DNA of 64,000 nucleotides from Guillardia theta CCMP2712 (Eukaryota > Protista > Cryptophyta), in the NCBI RefSeq assembly GCF_000315625.1, contig NW_005434611.1, forward strand, positions 55,574-119,573. The letters are read 5' to 3'. Positions 28,194-42,351 of the stretch are shown in pieces. The notes beneath the pieces were generated by a model. The model was not told the origin of the DNA and did not search any database. It saw only the letters and a list, made by a program, of their open reading frames with translations. Numbering within the stretch: the first letter of the stretch is position 1; each line of letters begins with the position of its first letter. Made by a program: the position numbers and the translations under genes.

Positions 28194-31100
28194 ATGGAAG
28201 ACAACACCAAGGTCGAGACTCATCCTCTCATCCTCTCATCCTCTTACGCTGACTCGACCTTCAGGCCGATACCAACCTCCCCAAGACCCTCGATGAGGCC
28301 CTGACCTACATCAAGAGTCTCAAGTACCCCGTCGGGCACTCGCACCTGAGGTGACACCTGGAGCAGGGACACCAACTCCCTTCTTGAAGCGAAGAACCAT
28401 GCGCTCTCACTTCGAATCGCCTTCCTCCAGAAGAGACACAAGGTGAGTCACTTCCCCTCTGACATCCCCTCCCGTTGCTGCCGTCCTCTTGGTACCCTTC
28501 TCACGTGTTTGACAGGCTGCTCAGGCACAGCTGGGCGCTCCCTCACATCACAGAGCAGCCGAGCTGGTGCTCAATTCGACCAAACCATCCGGTGCCTCTC
28601 GATTGCTGAAATTCTATAGACTCACGATCGAGGGTACAGAAAAGTTCGTGGATGACGGCAAGACTCAAATGTCGAGGTCTCAGCTCCAGCAGATGATCAA
28701 GCTCACCTTCGACAACACGACGGCTGCAGATGTGAAGCACTTCGTCCTGGGCGACCCTGTGCTCTCAAAGAAGGTAATCCGCTATCAGGCTTGCATCACC
28801 CCCAGTGCCCTTACTGTCTTCAGGCGAACGGATTGATCAGTGCCCTGTGTACCAGCGCAGAGAATGGCATTAGCGAAGACGAGGTCCGAGTGAGGAGATG
28901 CATTTCAATGCCATGATGGTTGTTGTACAGGTTGAAGACCGTCAGAAGAAGTTCGGGAAGAATGAGATCCCGATGGAGCCTCAGACCTCAATCCTTGTCC
29001 TGATGTGGGAGGCCCTGCAAGACCCTACCTTGATCTTCCTGTGCTTCGCCGCCATCGTCTCTCTTGTCATCGGAGTCTTCGTGGAGAAAGATCCCATGGG
29101 CTGGCTTGAAGGCACGGCTATCCTGACTGCAGTCGTCGTCGTCGTCCTCGTGGGCTCGATCAACGACTATCAAAAGGAGAGTCAGTTTCGGTCGTTGAAC
29201 GCCAAGAAGGATGACATGACAGTAACGGTCATACGAGACGGTCAGAAGAAGGAGATGTCCTGCCACAACCTCGTTGTGGGCGACATCCTCCTCCTTGGCA
29301 CTGGCGACATTGTCACGTGCGACGGGTACGCCATCGGGCCCAACGACCTGCAGATCAACGAGAAGATGCTGACTGGGGAGACTGTGAACAAGAGGAAGGG
29401 TGAGTACGAGCTCGACGGGGATCGGGTGGTCAAGTCTCCGATCCTGTTCGCCGGCACCCAAGTGCAGGACGGCCAAGGGAAAGTCCTTGTGTTGGCTGTG
29501 GGAACCGCTACCTATCAAGGTACAATGCAACAGAAGATGGACGAAGCTGGTGAGCTTGACTGCTGACTATTATCCTGCCTCTGCTCGCAAGTTGACCCTT
29601 CTACCTTGCAGATGCTGAGCAATCCAGGAGCATCTTGCAGCAGAAGCTTGACGACATGACTTCATACATCACCAACGCTGGAGCAGCATTCGCCATCGTC
29701 ACCGTCCTGATCCTCTGCTTCAGGATGTACCTCGGGTTCCATCAGGGCCTCTGCTGCAAGGAAGCGTGGGATCACGCGGTGCACTGGTCGGAGCTGCTAT
29801 CCTTTCTGATCTCCGGCGTCACTATTTTCGTCGTTGCCGTCCCCGAGGGCCTCCCCCTCGCCGTCACCATCGCACTTGCCTTCTCGGTTAAGAAGATGCT
29901 CAAGGATCAGAACCTCGTCAGGCACCTCACAGCATGCGAGACGATGGGAGGGGCTACGACCATCTGCTCTGACAAGACTGGAACTCTGACGACGAGCAAG
30001 ATGACTGTCGTCAAGGTGTTCTGCGACGGCAAAGTCTTCACCATGGAGACGTTGCGGCTCTCGCCGATCCTCAAGAAGCTGCTCTGCGACGCCGCTGTGG
30101 TCAACACCATGTCGAAGACGAACCTAAGAGGAAGCAGCAAGAGTAAGGAGCCCGACTACCTCGGCAACGATACTGAGTGCGGGCTGCTCGTCATGGCGAA
30201 CAAGATCGGTGCCAACGGGAAGCCGATCGACTATGACTCGGAGGATCAGGAGTACAAGAGAATCCGTAGAGAGTTCCCGGAGGAGATGGAGGGCAGGAAG
30301 CAGTTCACCTTCTCCTCGGATAGGAAGAGAATGAGCACGAGAGTGAAGATCGGGCCCGGAAAGTACCGGATCTTCTGCAAGGGAGCAGCTGAGATGGTGG
30401 TGGAGCTGTGCACCCACAGGTACAACATGGACGGAAGCGTCGAGCCGATGACGCCCAAGATCAAGAAAGAGATTGATGACGTCATCAACCAGTTCGCTGA
30501 CGAGGCTCTTCGCACCATCTGCCTTGCCGTGAGGGACGTGAGCGTGGAGATTGACGACGTGGAGGAGGCTGAGAAGAACTTGACCATGATCGGGCTCGTG
30601 GGCATCGAGGATCCTGTGCGCGAAGAAGTTCCTCTTGCCATCCAGCAGTGCCGACAGGCCGGCATCATCGTGAGGATGGTGACGGGAGACAACATGAAGA
30701 CAGCAGCTGCCATTGCCAAGAAGTGCGGCATCATCGACAAGGAGGAGGAGGGGAACGTCATCGACGGCAAGACCTTCCGTGAGCGGGTGGCTCCCGGAGA
30801 CGTGCTGGACCAGCAGGAGTTTGACAAGGTCTGGCCGAAGCTGAGAGTCATGGGCAGGTCGACTCCTCTTGACAAGCATCTCCTCGTCTCCGGCATCCAA
30901 GCCAGCAAGATTGGCGTCTCGCAGACAGTGGCTGTGACCGGGGACGGCACCAACGATGCTCCTGCTCTGAAGAAGGCGGATGTTGGCTTCGCGATGGGCA
31001 TACAAGGGACGGACGTGGCGAAGAACGCTTCTGACATCATCATCATGGATGATAACTTTGCGTCCATCGTCAAGGCCGTCATGTGGGGCCGTTGTGTCTA

Positions 31101-32378
31101 CGACAACATATGCCGCTTCCTTCAGTTCCAGCTCACCGTCAACATCACCGCCATCGTCGTTGCCTGCGTCGGATCTGCGGTCTTGACATCGAGCCCGTTG
31201 ACGGCCATCCAGATGTTGTGGGTCAACCTCATCATGGACTCCTTTGCCTCCCTCGCTCTCGCGACGGAGGACCCGAGCGTGCAGCTGCTGCAGAGGAAGC
31301 CGTATCCCCGCAACCGAGGAGTTCTCTCTAAGATCATGATGAAGAACATGATCCTCCACGCGCTCTGGCAGCTCGTTGTGCTCGCCGTCCTCATCTTCGC
31401 CGTCGGTGACGTCTGCAAGCCCAACCAGCAGCTCTGCGACTGCACCAAGTCGCCTCTCTCCAGCCTCACGGGATATTGGGGCTCGAAGCCCTTCCATGTA
31501 CCCAGCGGCCGCCCCAAGTCCTACGACTTTGCCAGCACAGCAGCGTCAGGAGCCTGCCCTCCGGTGTTTGACCCCAAGGATAAGAAGACGTTCGAGAAGA
31601 GGCGGGGTAAGATTGTGCCGCTAAGAAGCGAGGACTACTGCCACCACTCCAAGGGCGGCGCCGCCGAGACCACCCAGCACTACACCATGATCTTCAACGT
31701 GTTTGTGCTGATGCAGGTGAGAGAGGACAAGGGAGGAAGTGGAAGGAGGGAGAAGAAAGGAAGGAAGAAGGGAGGAGGAGGAGGAGGAGGAGGAGGAAGG
31801 CAGGGCAACGGGACTGACTTATATCCAGCTCTTCAACGAAATCAACAGCAGGAAGATACACAACGAGTGGAATGTTTTCTCAGGCATCTTCAATAACTTC
31901 CTCTTCCTTTTCATCGTTATCGGCACGATGGCTGCACAGGTACTACTAAATCCTGCTGCTGCTGCTGCTCCTCCTCCTCCTGCTGCTGCTCTCTGCTCCT
32001 GCTCCTGCTCCTTTTCTCTGCACCTTTTTATTCTTCAATATCCCTTCCTGGTATCTCTGCTCGTCTACGCTTCTCCTGCCTTTCTGCTGCCCCTGTCCTG
32101 TCAAACTTCTCCTTGTCTGGACATGACGATCCCTCAGGTCGCTCTTATCGAGGTCCCCGGACTTAACACGGCATTTGGGTGTCAGAGCTTGACCCCCGAC
32201 CAGTGGGTGAGGCTACTCATACCTCCTGATCTTGTTCCCCGTCCTCCTGCTCCTTCTCCTCCTCCTGCTCCTCGTTCTCCTGCTCCTCGTTCTCCTGCTG
32301 CTGCTCCTCTTTGCCCCTCTCTCCTGCTCCTGCTCCTCGTTCTCCTGCTCATCCTCCTCTTCGGCCCTCCCGCCCGCT

Positions 32379-32414
<36 letters not shown>

Positions 32415-32709
32415 TATTCCCCCTCCCCGCTGCTCTGCCTTCTCTTCTCCTCCTCCAGTCTTGCTCTGATCTGCACTCTCTCCTCCTCGTTCATCATCCT
32501 TCTATGTTCATCCCTTGCTCTACCGGTATCTTGCCAACTCTTTGCCGTTCTCACACCTAAACCCCCCACTATCTTGTCTCCCCGTTCCCTTGCTCCCTCC
32601 TCTCGTCTTACTTCTTACTCAGCTCATCTGCATTGTTCTCGGATTTTCCACCATCCCTTTCAACTTCATTGTCAGGCTGGTCCCGAGCGAACTTTTTCCT
32701 GGCAGTTAA
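28194..32709 (+). CDS. P-type IIB Ca2+-transporting ATPase (PMCA/ACA-like)
   Basis: Motifs [127 protein letters not shown]. Confidence 0.97.
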
Positions 32710-32837
32710 AGAGGAGCTGGAGAGACAGCGAGGGAGGGGCGAGGACTCTTGCCGTCCCTTCTCTCCTTCCCAGCTCGTTCGCTTCACATGCTGGACGACT
32801 AAGACTTGAGCTTAACTTGAGCTTGATTATATTAAGA

Positions 32838-35800
32838 TCAAAGCGACACCAGCCCTCTGTGCTTCTCGCTCGGGTCGTATTCCCACTGTGACGAAGTGAA
32901 TTTCTCAGCTCGCACGTCCTCGACTCGAGCTGAGGGCATGCTGGGCTTGTCGTCCTCCATCTCTGCCTCAGGCCTGTAGTGCGACCGGCTTGTGCTGGGG
33001 GCGCTCTCGTCGCCCTGGTGGGCAGCCTGCTGGACAAGGAACTTGTTCAAGACGTTCTGGTCCGGCTCATATTTCTGCACGGCCTTGAAGTATCCTCTAG
33101 AGACCAGCTTGCCCCTGTCTCCCATTCCCTCCTCTCGCAGCCTGTTCAGGTGCTCCTCGAAGCTGCCCTCCCATAACTTCATCCCCCTCCCCGCTCCTTC
33201 GCCCACACGCAGACTGCCCTGCCTCACCTCGGCTCCTCTCAGCTGGACCTCTGCTGTCCTATTCCTCCGCTCGATAGCCTCCTCAACTGTCTCTTCATCT
33301 TGTGCAGTCTCGCCCTCCTTACGTTCAGGTCTGGTGGTGGTCTTCTCGGCAGGAGCTTGCCTCTCCTCCATGGGCGCGAACTCAATCTGGGAGGTCACGA
33401 CGTGGTTGACCTGCTCCATCACCACCTTCCCTCGCTCCCTCCGCATGCTTGTCTGCACCACAATCAGCCCTCACACCGTCATCAACATCGCACGTGCACT
33501 CGCCTGCCGGTAGTAGAGGTTGTAGCCCATGACTGGCTGTCTCCGACTGTCAGGGGCTTCTGCTGACTCGTTAGTTCGAGTAGTCGACGCGGTCACAATC
33601 AGGGACCTTCAAAGACTCCTGGGATGGTGCCAGCGCTCGCATGTTCCTGTTCTTCAGTAGCAATCAGCGTCGAGTCCGAGCTATCAAACTTGTGCTTCTC
33701 ATCCAGCCCGACGGTCGTGGTCGTCCTGGGGCTGAACTGGATGAACTCGGGGCGAGCTTGAGACTTTTGCCTACCCCTCAGACTTGCACAGCGGGTTAAG
33801 AAGAAATTAAGGATGGACTTGACGCCCTGCCAGAGCTCACTCAAGGCTGCTCGGAATGAAGAGTTCTTTCTGTAAGCGAAGCAGTAGGAGCTCAGGACAA
33901 CGACGACGATGATGATGGCGATCCAGTAGTATGCAAAGGCAGGTCTGTTTGGCTCTCTCGGAATCATTCCATCCACCTGCTGGCTCGAAGGAGCTTGAGA
34001 CGTGTTTGACGGGGCCACGCACGGCAGGCAGCACGTCAAAGCACAGGCAGGGCATCGGATTGAATCAGAGCAGCACCAGGTTGACTCGTTACATGACACG
34101 ATGTAGCGGAGTGAACTCAACGACCCGAAGGTCCAGCTGACGTCACTTACCCTCAGGACTCGCAGAGCTGTGTATATCTTCTGCACATTCTCATAGCTCG
34201 ACCCCACCACTCTCAAGTCGATCTGGTACGTGAACTGGGGAATGTTGGCTGACCTCCTCCCTGACATCAGGTGCACCAGGTTCACATAGACGTCGTTGGC
34301 CGTCAGTGAGAGGAACGTCGCTACTCCCGTGCGGATCCTCCATTCCTCCGTAGCGTTAAAGGCGGAGCTCAGATTCATCAGCAGGTTGGCATACACAAGA
34401 TCAGAGGTGACATTGCAGTAGAGCCCGGTATGCCTTCCCTCAGGGCAAGTGCACTGACACGCGTTCTTGCTGCGCTGCTGACCCCCGTTGTAGCATGTCA
34501 ATCTTGGGCAGCACTGCGAACTCAAAGCAGCTCTGTCTTTGACGCAAGAGTCCAGCATGCACGAGAATGTGGCGACCTTTGACTGGTCGACACAAGTTGG
34601 TCGGTCGTACGTTCTGGTCCATCCGTAGGGCAAGGCCACCTCGACCACGTTTTGACCGTCAGGCATCAGTTGACCCCACCAGTCCTGCAAGACTCGTCAC
34701 TGCGGGCCAGGAGAGCGAGAAGTTCACCGTCTGAAAGCTGGCGATGTGCTCGTAACAACATGGATTCGTCATGGCAAACTGTCTAATTCTATCTTGGCAG
34801 CCGGTTCCACAAGAGAAGGCGAGGTCGAAGAGCGGTAGAGCGTTCTCAGCTCCCGTCCCTTGCGCGGCTCGACATCCAAGACCGTTGGTGAAGAGAAGAT
34901 CGTAGCTTTCAACGGCATCCAAACAAGTGTCACGGACGATGTCATCCGAACAACTCAAGTTCAGCCAAAAGCTGTTTGTGGCCAAGTCACTCGGAGAAAG
35001 GATTTCATCGAAACGATCGTTTCACCTGGCATCCAGTACAGTCTGGAATATCGTGAAGCTCACACCGTTCCACCTCGATGGGCCGAGCTTCATCATCTTC
35101 TGCCAAGAATTTCGACATATGTCGACAGCATTCAACAGCGTTTGAGAGAAAACTTTCACACAGCCTGATTTGCACGCAATCTGAACGAGCGATCTGTCAA
35201 AGGAGTATGCGTATCGCGCTCCGACTCCAATGTCTGCGGCATCATCAGCCTTGCAATTGAAATGTGAGATCAGACCTGTCATAAAGAGACTGCCCACAGA
35301 CCGACATGACGGATCTGACAGCGACGGAAACGTGTTGGCAGCAAACGATCCATCCCCTTGGTTCACAGGAAGGCCAGAAGCAAGCTTCAAGTAGTTGTAC
35401 CACATGGCTGACTCGTGCAAGGCGAGGAGGAAAGGAGATTCGGTGCTGAGATCTGTGTTGTTTGACCAGGGTATAGTGCTCAGCTTCAATCTCTCTGAAT
35501 CAGACATGATCGAAAAGTGCCTGACAAACCAAAAGTCAGTTACGATTCTGACTACAAGTTTCAAGGACTTGCCATTCTGTGTGAGGGTTGGTCTTCTCCT
35601 TCTGCAAGCTCAAGGTCGGATTAGATTCCCATGTTGCCGCAAACGAAGACGAGGTGCTCCACCACAGACCAGCATGGGTAGAGTCCGAGAGCTCTAGGAT
35701 GAAGAACCTCTCTTCTCCTGCTGTCCACGAGGTCCATGTAGACTCTGTGACCAGGATCTCGAGGCGGAAGTAAGTAGACGTTCCGCTGTCGATGACTTTG

Positions 35801-38800
35801 CTGCTCTGATTGAGCAAGACAGCATTGACGAGGCCTTGAGAACAAATTGATGCATTTGAAACTGCCGTGATGAAGAATTTCAGGAGTTTGTTCCTCGTGC
35901 TCAGCCTCAGTTGGCATGGCCCGAGCGAAAGCATCCAATCGGCCTGGAGGAAATTCTCATACCGTGACGCGGCAGCTGTTTGGAATTCCTGCGGCAATTT
36001 GATGGAGTATGGGAAAGAAGAAACGTCGCTGCAAGATTGAGTGCTACAAGACGATGCAGCTGAATTGCTGGATCCATTGAGGAAAATCCAGTCACTAGTA
36101 CCAAACAAGCTGCAGTCACAAACTCCATAGAACTGTAGTAGCAATCCTCCTTCGAAGGAGATGAACTGTGCGTTGCGAAAGGAAACTTGCAAGTTTTGTG
36201 CGGAGACAAATCCCCATAGGTGAGAAGGCAACCCAATAGACGATGAATTGTAATCGATGACAACCACGTTCGAGCCACTCACGTTGGTTCTCGTCGGAGC
36301 TTCGGGAGCAGGGGTGGTGGAGATCGTTGCGGCTGTAGTCGTCGTGGAAACTCGCTGAGCTGGTGCGGATGTTGCTGCCAACCATTCAGGTCCTTGAGTC
36401 AGAAAGTCCATACGTCACCCGTCGAGATTGGAGCCTTGATCATCTTGCAAAAGAATTGAAAATTGTTAAAGCTTGGAACCCACTGGCAACGACAGATATA
36501 AGACTCAAGATACCAGTAGCTTTGACATTTTACCTTGTCCACTTGGCAGGTCAAGATTTCAGTCTGTGAGGTGGAGCTGACATCCGAATCTAGTGCGACG
36601 GCTCTGTAGTACCCAGACGCACAGGAAATCTTGTAGCTGCCAGCTGATGTCAGAGAAGATTTGAAGGTTGATGAACAACGTGGAAGGGTAGCCGAGGATG
36701 GTATCAACAATCTCGACAACGGTGTGGTTGAAAGCTGAGAAATCCAGGGGAACCTTCAACAAATCTCAACATGGATCAGACTTGATAATCTTTCAAAACT
36801 TACACATGTAGCAAGATCAACGCAGCTGATCTGCAATTGCAAATCAGGGCCAGGTGAGTCAGTGAAAGCTTATCACCGAGCTGCATGAAAGTACATCCTT
36901 GCAATTGCAGATTGGAATTGTAGAGCCGCCGATGTAGACGTCGATCTCAATTGCTGGTGTCTTGTATGGTTTGGAGTCTTTCCCGGTAAGCTGGAATCCT
37001 GCAAGACATCTCAACCGGTTCTTCACAAGGGGAAGGAAAACCCAAATCCGTCGGAATGATGTTGGTGCCGAATGGTTGAAGTTCAGCAGAACCTGTTCCA
37101 ACAGGTCAGGAGCTGAAAACAAGTGCATTCCTTTCTTCTCTTCCCGTGCTCCAAGTGTTGCCAACCACATCACACGCTAGAGACTGAGAGTAGAATGCGA
37201 CTGTATAGCTTCCAGTCCCGGCGCTGTCGATCTCAAAGTCCATGGCTCCTCTTTCATAGAGAGGTGAGATGATTGCGATGCAGATGACACAAGGCAACCT
37301 GTTTCTAGGTGACGGACCTGGTTGATAGCTTTCATAATCCCCGACAAAGTACGCTGGTCTTATACATCAATTGTGAAAGAGCGTTTGGGTATGGTCACCT
37401 CTGTCAGCAGATGTGTACCCCCATGCAAGGCCACGAGTACTGGTCAAGTTGCCTTTGACAAGAGAAATCCTATCGAGGCTACCAAAGAACATCAGAACTG
37501 TTTTGAGACACCAGCACGAGGAAGAGATTGAACATTTTGCTTACACGTGTGCAGATGAAAATGTCTCAAACCAGACGCTGAACCTCAGCCTCTGACCGAC
37601 TGACATACGCTGATCATTCGGAGCATCACACGTCAATTCTATGTCTACCGATTAAAATTCTGTCGAATCCAACTCTGATCTGAAGACAATCTGTCGAGGA
37701 CTAAACGTGAGACAAATACGACATGGAAGATGCACTCATTACTTTGTACAGACGTTGAGCCTCGGAAAAGCTACAATGAATAATTCAGCTTTGAGAACAA
37801 TTGAAAGCGACCCACTGTTATGGTATCTGGACATAGTTGGCAGGTTGTGCTTCCGCCAGCACTGATTGTGCATGGTCAGTTAACGTTCTCTCGTGATCTT
37901 CTTCAACAAAGGCACATCACCTTGCGTATTTACCCCTTTCACATCTTGAGCACACGAACTGAACCTCTGTACCCGTGGGCGAATAATACCCTTGATAGAG
38001 TGTTATAAGACTTGCAGTCCAACCTTAAGTCTGTTCTCTACCAGGCTTGCAGATCCCAAGGCAACTATCGAGATTCTAGGAGTTTCAAACTATCATGAGG
38101 GGAAAGACAGAAATTCTTTGACACCTGTGATCCAGGAACCGAGGTCTTGCCTGCTGGACAACTTTTGCAAAGATTGGAGAGGTAGGGAATGTCTGAATAC
38201 GTTCCCTCTGGACATAGCTGGGCAAAGTGTTAGGTCAGAAATGCTTGCTTTCATATGACAGGCCTTGCAAGGAGCGAAGCCATTTTGTGACGAACTCCCG
38301 GGAAGGCAAGTCTATTTGCTCAGGGGCTTCAGGTAAGAGTGACATGGAAACTCATTTGTACTTCGCTTTTTTGAAAGATGCGAATCGAGCCAGAGATGCC
38401 GGCAGAAGTTTTGAGAGGAACATCTGATGTACATGGAAGTCAAGGAACAAGAGAAAAGAAAAGAAAAGAAATGGACCAAGTTTGGACATGTATGCTGACA
38501 CATAAAGTCCTCCAAAGTACGAGATGTATGAAATTCTGCTAAGTGATTAAATCTGAAACATGAGAACAAAACATTTTCAACGTTTGTGGACTTGGTGAAG
38601 TTGCAGGGGCTTGAGGGCACATGACCTGCAACGTAAAGTTTGAGAGCAGCCTTACTTTGCTTCAGAATAGTTTACGGCAAGTCCGTACGGATTGGAGCCT
38701 TTTGAAACTAGAGATCTCCAAGGATCACCGCTGCAAACTGACGACCAAGGAGATTAAAGGAGAAGATCTCACTGATACATCCATACCCGTGTAATTTCTC

Positions 38801-41300
38801 ACACAAACTTGCTCTTGGGTGCACCAATTGCAGCCGTCAACAGCGATGCACGAGGCACAGTCTTGAGCCTTGCACATGATTGACTTTGTATGTCTAAAAG
38901 GCAGATGGAGTCGCTCACATGCCAACAGGTCCCAATTGGGATCTTGCCTATTGAGAATATTGAATTTCCAGAGCTTTTCCCATTGTCAGCGCTCGTGACG
39001 TCAAAGAGACTGAAATCTACCTGGACGGCGTCGTGCTCTTGGACAGCTGACTTGCACAAAGAGGAATCTGAAGACATTTTGAGCTTATCGATAAAAGCTT
39101 GCTCTTTGACGTTTGAATATCATCACCTTGTTGCAATTGGTGATAGCATCAACGCTCTTAAATCCTCCGCCGTATAACAATAGAGCATCTTGGTTGTCAT
39201 AAAGCTTGAAGGGACTGCTGATTGAGTTGTCTTGGACTGTGATGTTCAAGGACAGGACATCTAAGGAGAAATTTGAGAACATCGTCTAGAGTCCATGTGA
39301 ATTACCGATCTCAAGCTGAACAGCAGCATCGTTGCCAGTCATTGGTACACTCCAGATCCTCTTTGGGCAGGTAACTCCTGAGGCGTCCCCACTTCTTGAC
39401 CAGTAAGGAGAACCTAGATTGTTCGGGCCCCCGATTTCACAGCACTGACAAGAAGTTAATCTCGTGCTATCGTGGGATCTCGCTTCAACCTTCCCAATGG
39501 TATCTTGAATGGAATCAAGACATGCCACCCTTTCAGGTATTTCTGTTTGCAAGGACCCTGTGAGATAAAAACTTACACAAGGGAACACATGACCTGTCAA
39601 GTTGATTTTCAATGAAACTCGTGTTGAAACACCTCGCTGGTCCGATCCTGGAATGGACGAATATTGCCGTTCTAAAACAAGAATCTAAAAACAGGGAACG
39701 AGAACAAGTTGAGGCAACAACCTGGAATACAGAGGGAGCTGCCTTGTGCCAGGTCAGTCGCTGGGCAAGTACTTGCACTCGTGACCGCATTCAGTCTATC
39801 AGAATCCTTGGCTTTGGGTACTAGTGCAGCCCATGTTGCCGGCTGCTGCATCATGGACGTATGACCTGAGGATATCTTGCTAGTCCTTCGTCTTGTTCCT
39901 GTCTGCAGTGCGCTTGTGCAATTCAACGGCCAGAGCTCAAATGACTGCAGGAACTATCCAGAGGTCAACAATAGCAGAACAAAAAGATCCAAAGCTATGT
40001 TACCCCGCTGTCGCGGGCTAACTTGGGAGATAACTCAATCTGCAGAAATCAAGTTCGAAAGTGACACTTGGAAAAGAATAGATGTGTCACCAGCATTTTA
40101 CAGTAGGACTCCTTCCATTTCATCGTGGAGAGGTACGACGGTGGATGAGAAACCAACGGACTAGCGGATGTTTGGCCATCCATGATACTGCACATATATC
40201 GAATTACAAATGAATCAATGCATCCTCAGCCTTACGATTGATGGCTAATCCGATGAATTTCTGAATTCATTGGATCTGCCAAGGATATTACAAGAAGATC
40301 AAAGTTTGTCTAACATCTGCTACCTTGAAATGTCAACCTGAACCCACTTGGACAGATATCCTGCTTGCAAGTCTGACTCCAGATCAAAGGGGAGCAAGTT
40401 ACCTCTATGATAGCCACCCTATCACGTGGTTCGGATTTAAGAAACTTCATCTGAACAGACACTGTCGTGGAGTCCGTCGACTTCATCGTAAACGTTCCTT
40501 CTTCCGTGATAGCTTTGCACTCCAATGTTTCTGAACTTCTAAAAAACTGTTCGCAAAACTCAGTAACATTGAGGCCCTTTCTGTCTAGTACAACCTGCAT
40601 GTAGCGAAATATTCCTGATTCAAAATGCCACAACACCTGGCATTGGGACAGCGATCCGGGAATGGTTTTGTTACCAAAATACCAACCACTCAATACAGAA
40701 GGCATTCCCATGGAAGATGTCGTTTCTGCATGATTGTGATGAACACAAAGTAAAGAGGGAAAGGAGGACCATAACACTTTGAGACCGGACAGACCTTGTC
40801 CGATGCTACTTGGTTGCAAGTGCAGAATGCACATGGTTTGCATATCAAGCAAGGATAGTTGAAACAGGAAGACAAAGAGCAGAACTGGCCATCAGCACAG
40901 TCTGAATGCTGACTACACCACGGGTGTGCAACAGCCTGTGGTGAGACAATCAGGTTGGAATCGATCAACTTCGAATGCTCAAAGGAGTCAAGCATGACCT
41001 TGTTCCAAATGAGAAACCGTAGAAAGATCAATATCCTCGCATAGCGCCAACACTTCTCGTGATTTGTTTGAGATCTTTTCTTCTTCGCTGCAGATTCCGA
41101 TGTACGAAGTATCTCTTTTGAGATCGGACGGCTGGCTGTATATACCCAGGAAATATCCCAGAGCAAGGGAATCATGGTTCCAGGTATGTGTTACTGATAT
41201 GCTCTGGCACATCATTGAACGTGTACGAAATTTGTTTGTGCCTCTTAGCCATGGGTACCCTTCTAGGCCTGCTATCAACAGACAGTCAATCTCTCATAGT
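32838..41300 (-). CDS. Very large Cys-rich type I membrane/surface protein (Cys-rich N-terminal module, PSI-like, Thr-rich linker, EGF-like, TM, cytoplasmic tail); may be two genes
   Basis: CSQHSDCADGQFCSLSSCFNYPCLICKPCAFCTC; PSI-like CKAQDCASCIAVDGCNWCTQEQVCV; EGF-like CYNGG...CQCTCPEGRHTGLYC; TM YYWIAIIIVVVVLSSYCFAY followed by RK; many N-X-S/T sequons. Exons in 36700-41300 were not fully resolved. Confidence 0.65.
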
Positions 41301-41699
41301 CCACTACGCTCATTCATTGGTTGAAATCGATCTCTGCTGATATTTGCTTTCCTATCTGTCTCGCAGACTCATCCTCGTCTTGTACTCTTTTGTTTTGAAT
41401 CTATCATGGTTGTGCCCCCCCACATTGCTCCTGACGTCTCCTGCTACCTTTCATTGATCACCTTACACTCACCGCTGCTTGACTTTATTCTGCGCAGTAC
41501 GGTGTTGAAGTCATCTAAGGCGTTTCCCGTACTCTTTCTGCTCCTCTTGTTACTCCTGCTCCTCTTCCTGCTCCTCCTGTCTCTCCTTCAGTGCTTCATC
41601 TACTTCCGCACCTACTCCTCCACTATCTGCTGCCTGTTTCACCATCACCACTATCACAGCTCCTCCTCCTCCCCTTCGCTTCGTTCTCCCGCCATAATT

Positions 41700-41960
41700 T
41701 TCCACCCAGGAGTTTGTGATCGAATGTGGGGCTCACTGAAATCACCAGGGGTACTTTCCCATGAATGTAATGGGGTAGGGTGGTGGAAGACAAGGGGTAC
41801 TTGGAGGCGTAAAGTTGATCCGCCGGTAGGGGGTGGGTGCTCATTCATGATCTAGGGGTAGGGGTAGACAAATCAGGGGCAAACGTCTCAGTGTTGCAGG
41901 TTGAAATGAGGGGTACTTCAAAGTTTTGGCTGTCGTGGGGTGGGTAGTGAACCCAATTTT
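41700..41960. repeat. GGGGTA/GGGTG-rich intergenic tract between divergent genes
   Basis: Repeated GGGGTAC, GGGGTAG and GGGTGG. TACTTCAAAGT (~41915) recurs as a reverse complement at ~51020. Confidence 0.6.
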
Positions 41961-42351
41961 CCGTTGGCAAAGGAACAAAAAGAACCGAAGACCGAGAAAA
42001 GATGATGGCGAAGAGGAGGAGGAGGGGGAGGAGGAGGAGGAGGAGGAGGAGGAGGCGAAGGAGGAGGAGGAGAAGGCGAAGGAGGCGAAGGAGGAGTAGA
42101 ATGAAGATAGGAAGAGATACAATGTCCTCAATGATGTGTGAGATAGAGATGATCGCTGAGGAGTAGGAGCAAGAAGATCAAGATGATGATGATGCAGACA
42201 AAGTCGGTCAATGACAATGAGGAGGTGGAGGTGTAGTATGAGGAGTTGCATGCATGTTTGAAGATTTCGACTGGAGAAATCTCAAGAGGCTAAGTTGGCA
42301 GATGTCCTGATGTTCTGAAAGGTCATATTTTGGCAGGTTTCCACTACCAGC

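Noticed and set aside
30124-31497. 457-aa and 278-aa antisense ORFs
   Set aside because: Shadow frames of the GC3-rich Ca2+-ATPase exon, with no independent motifs.
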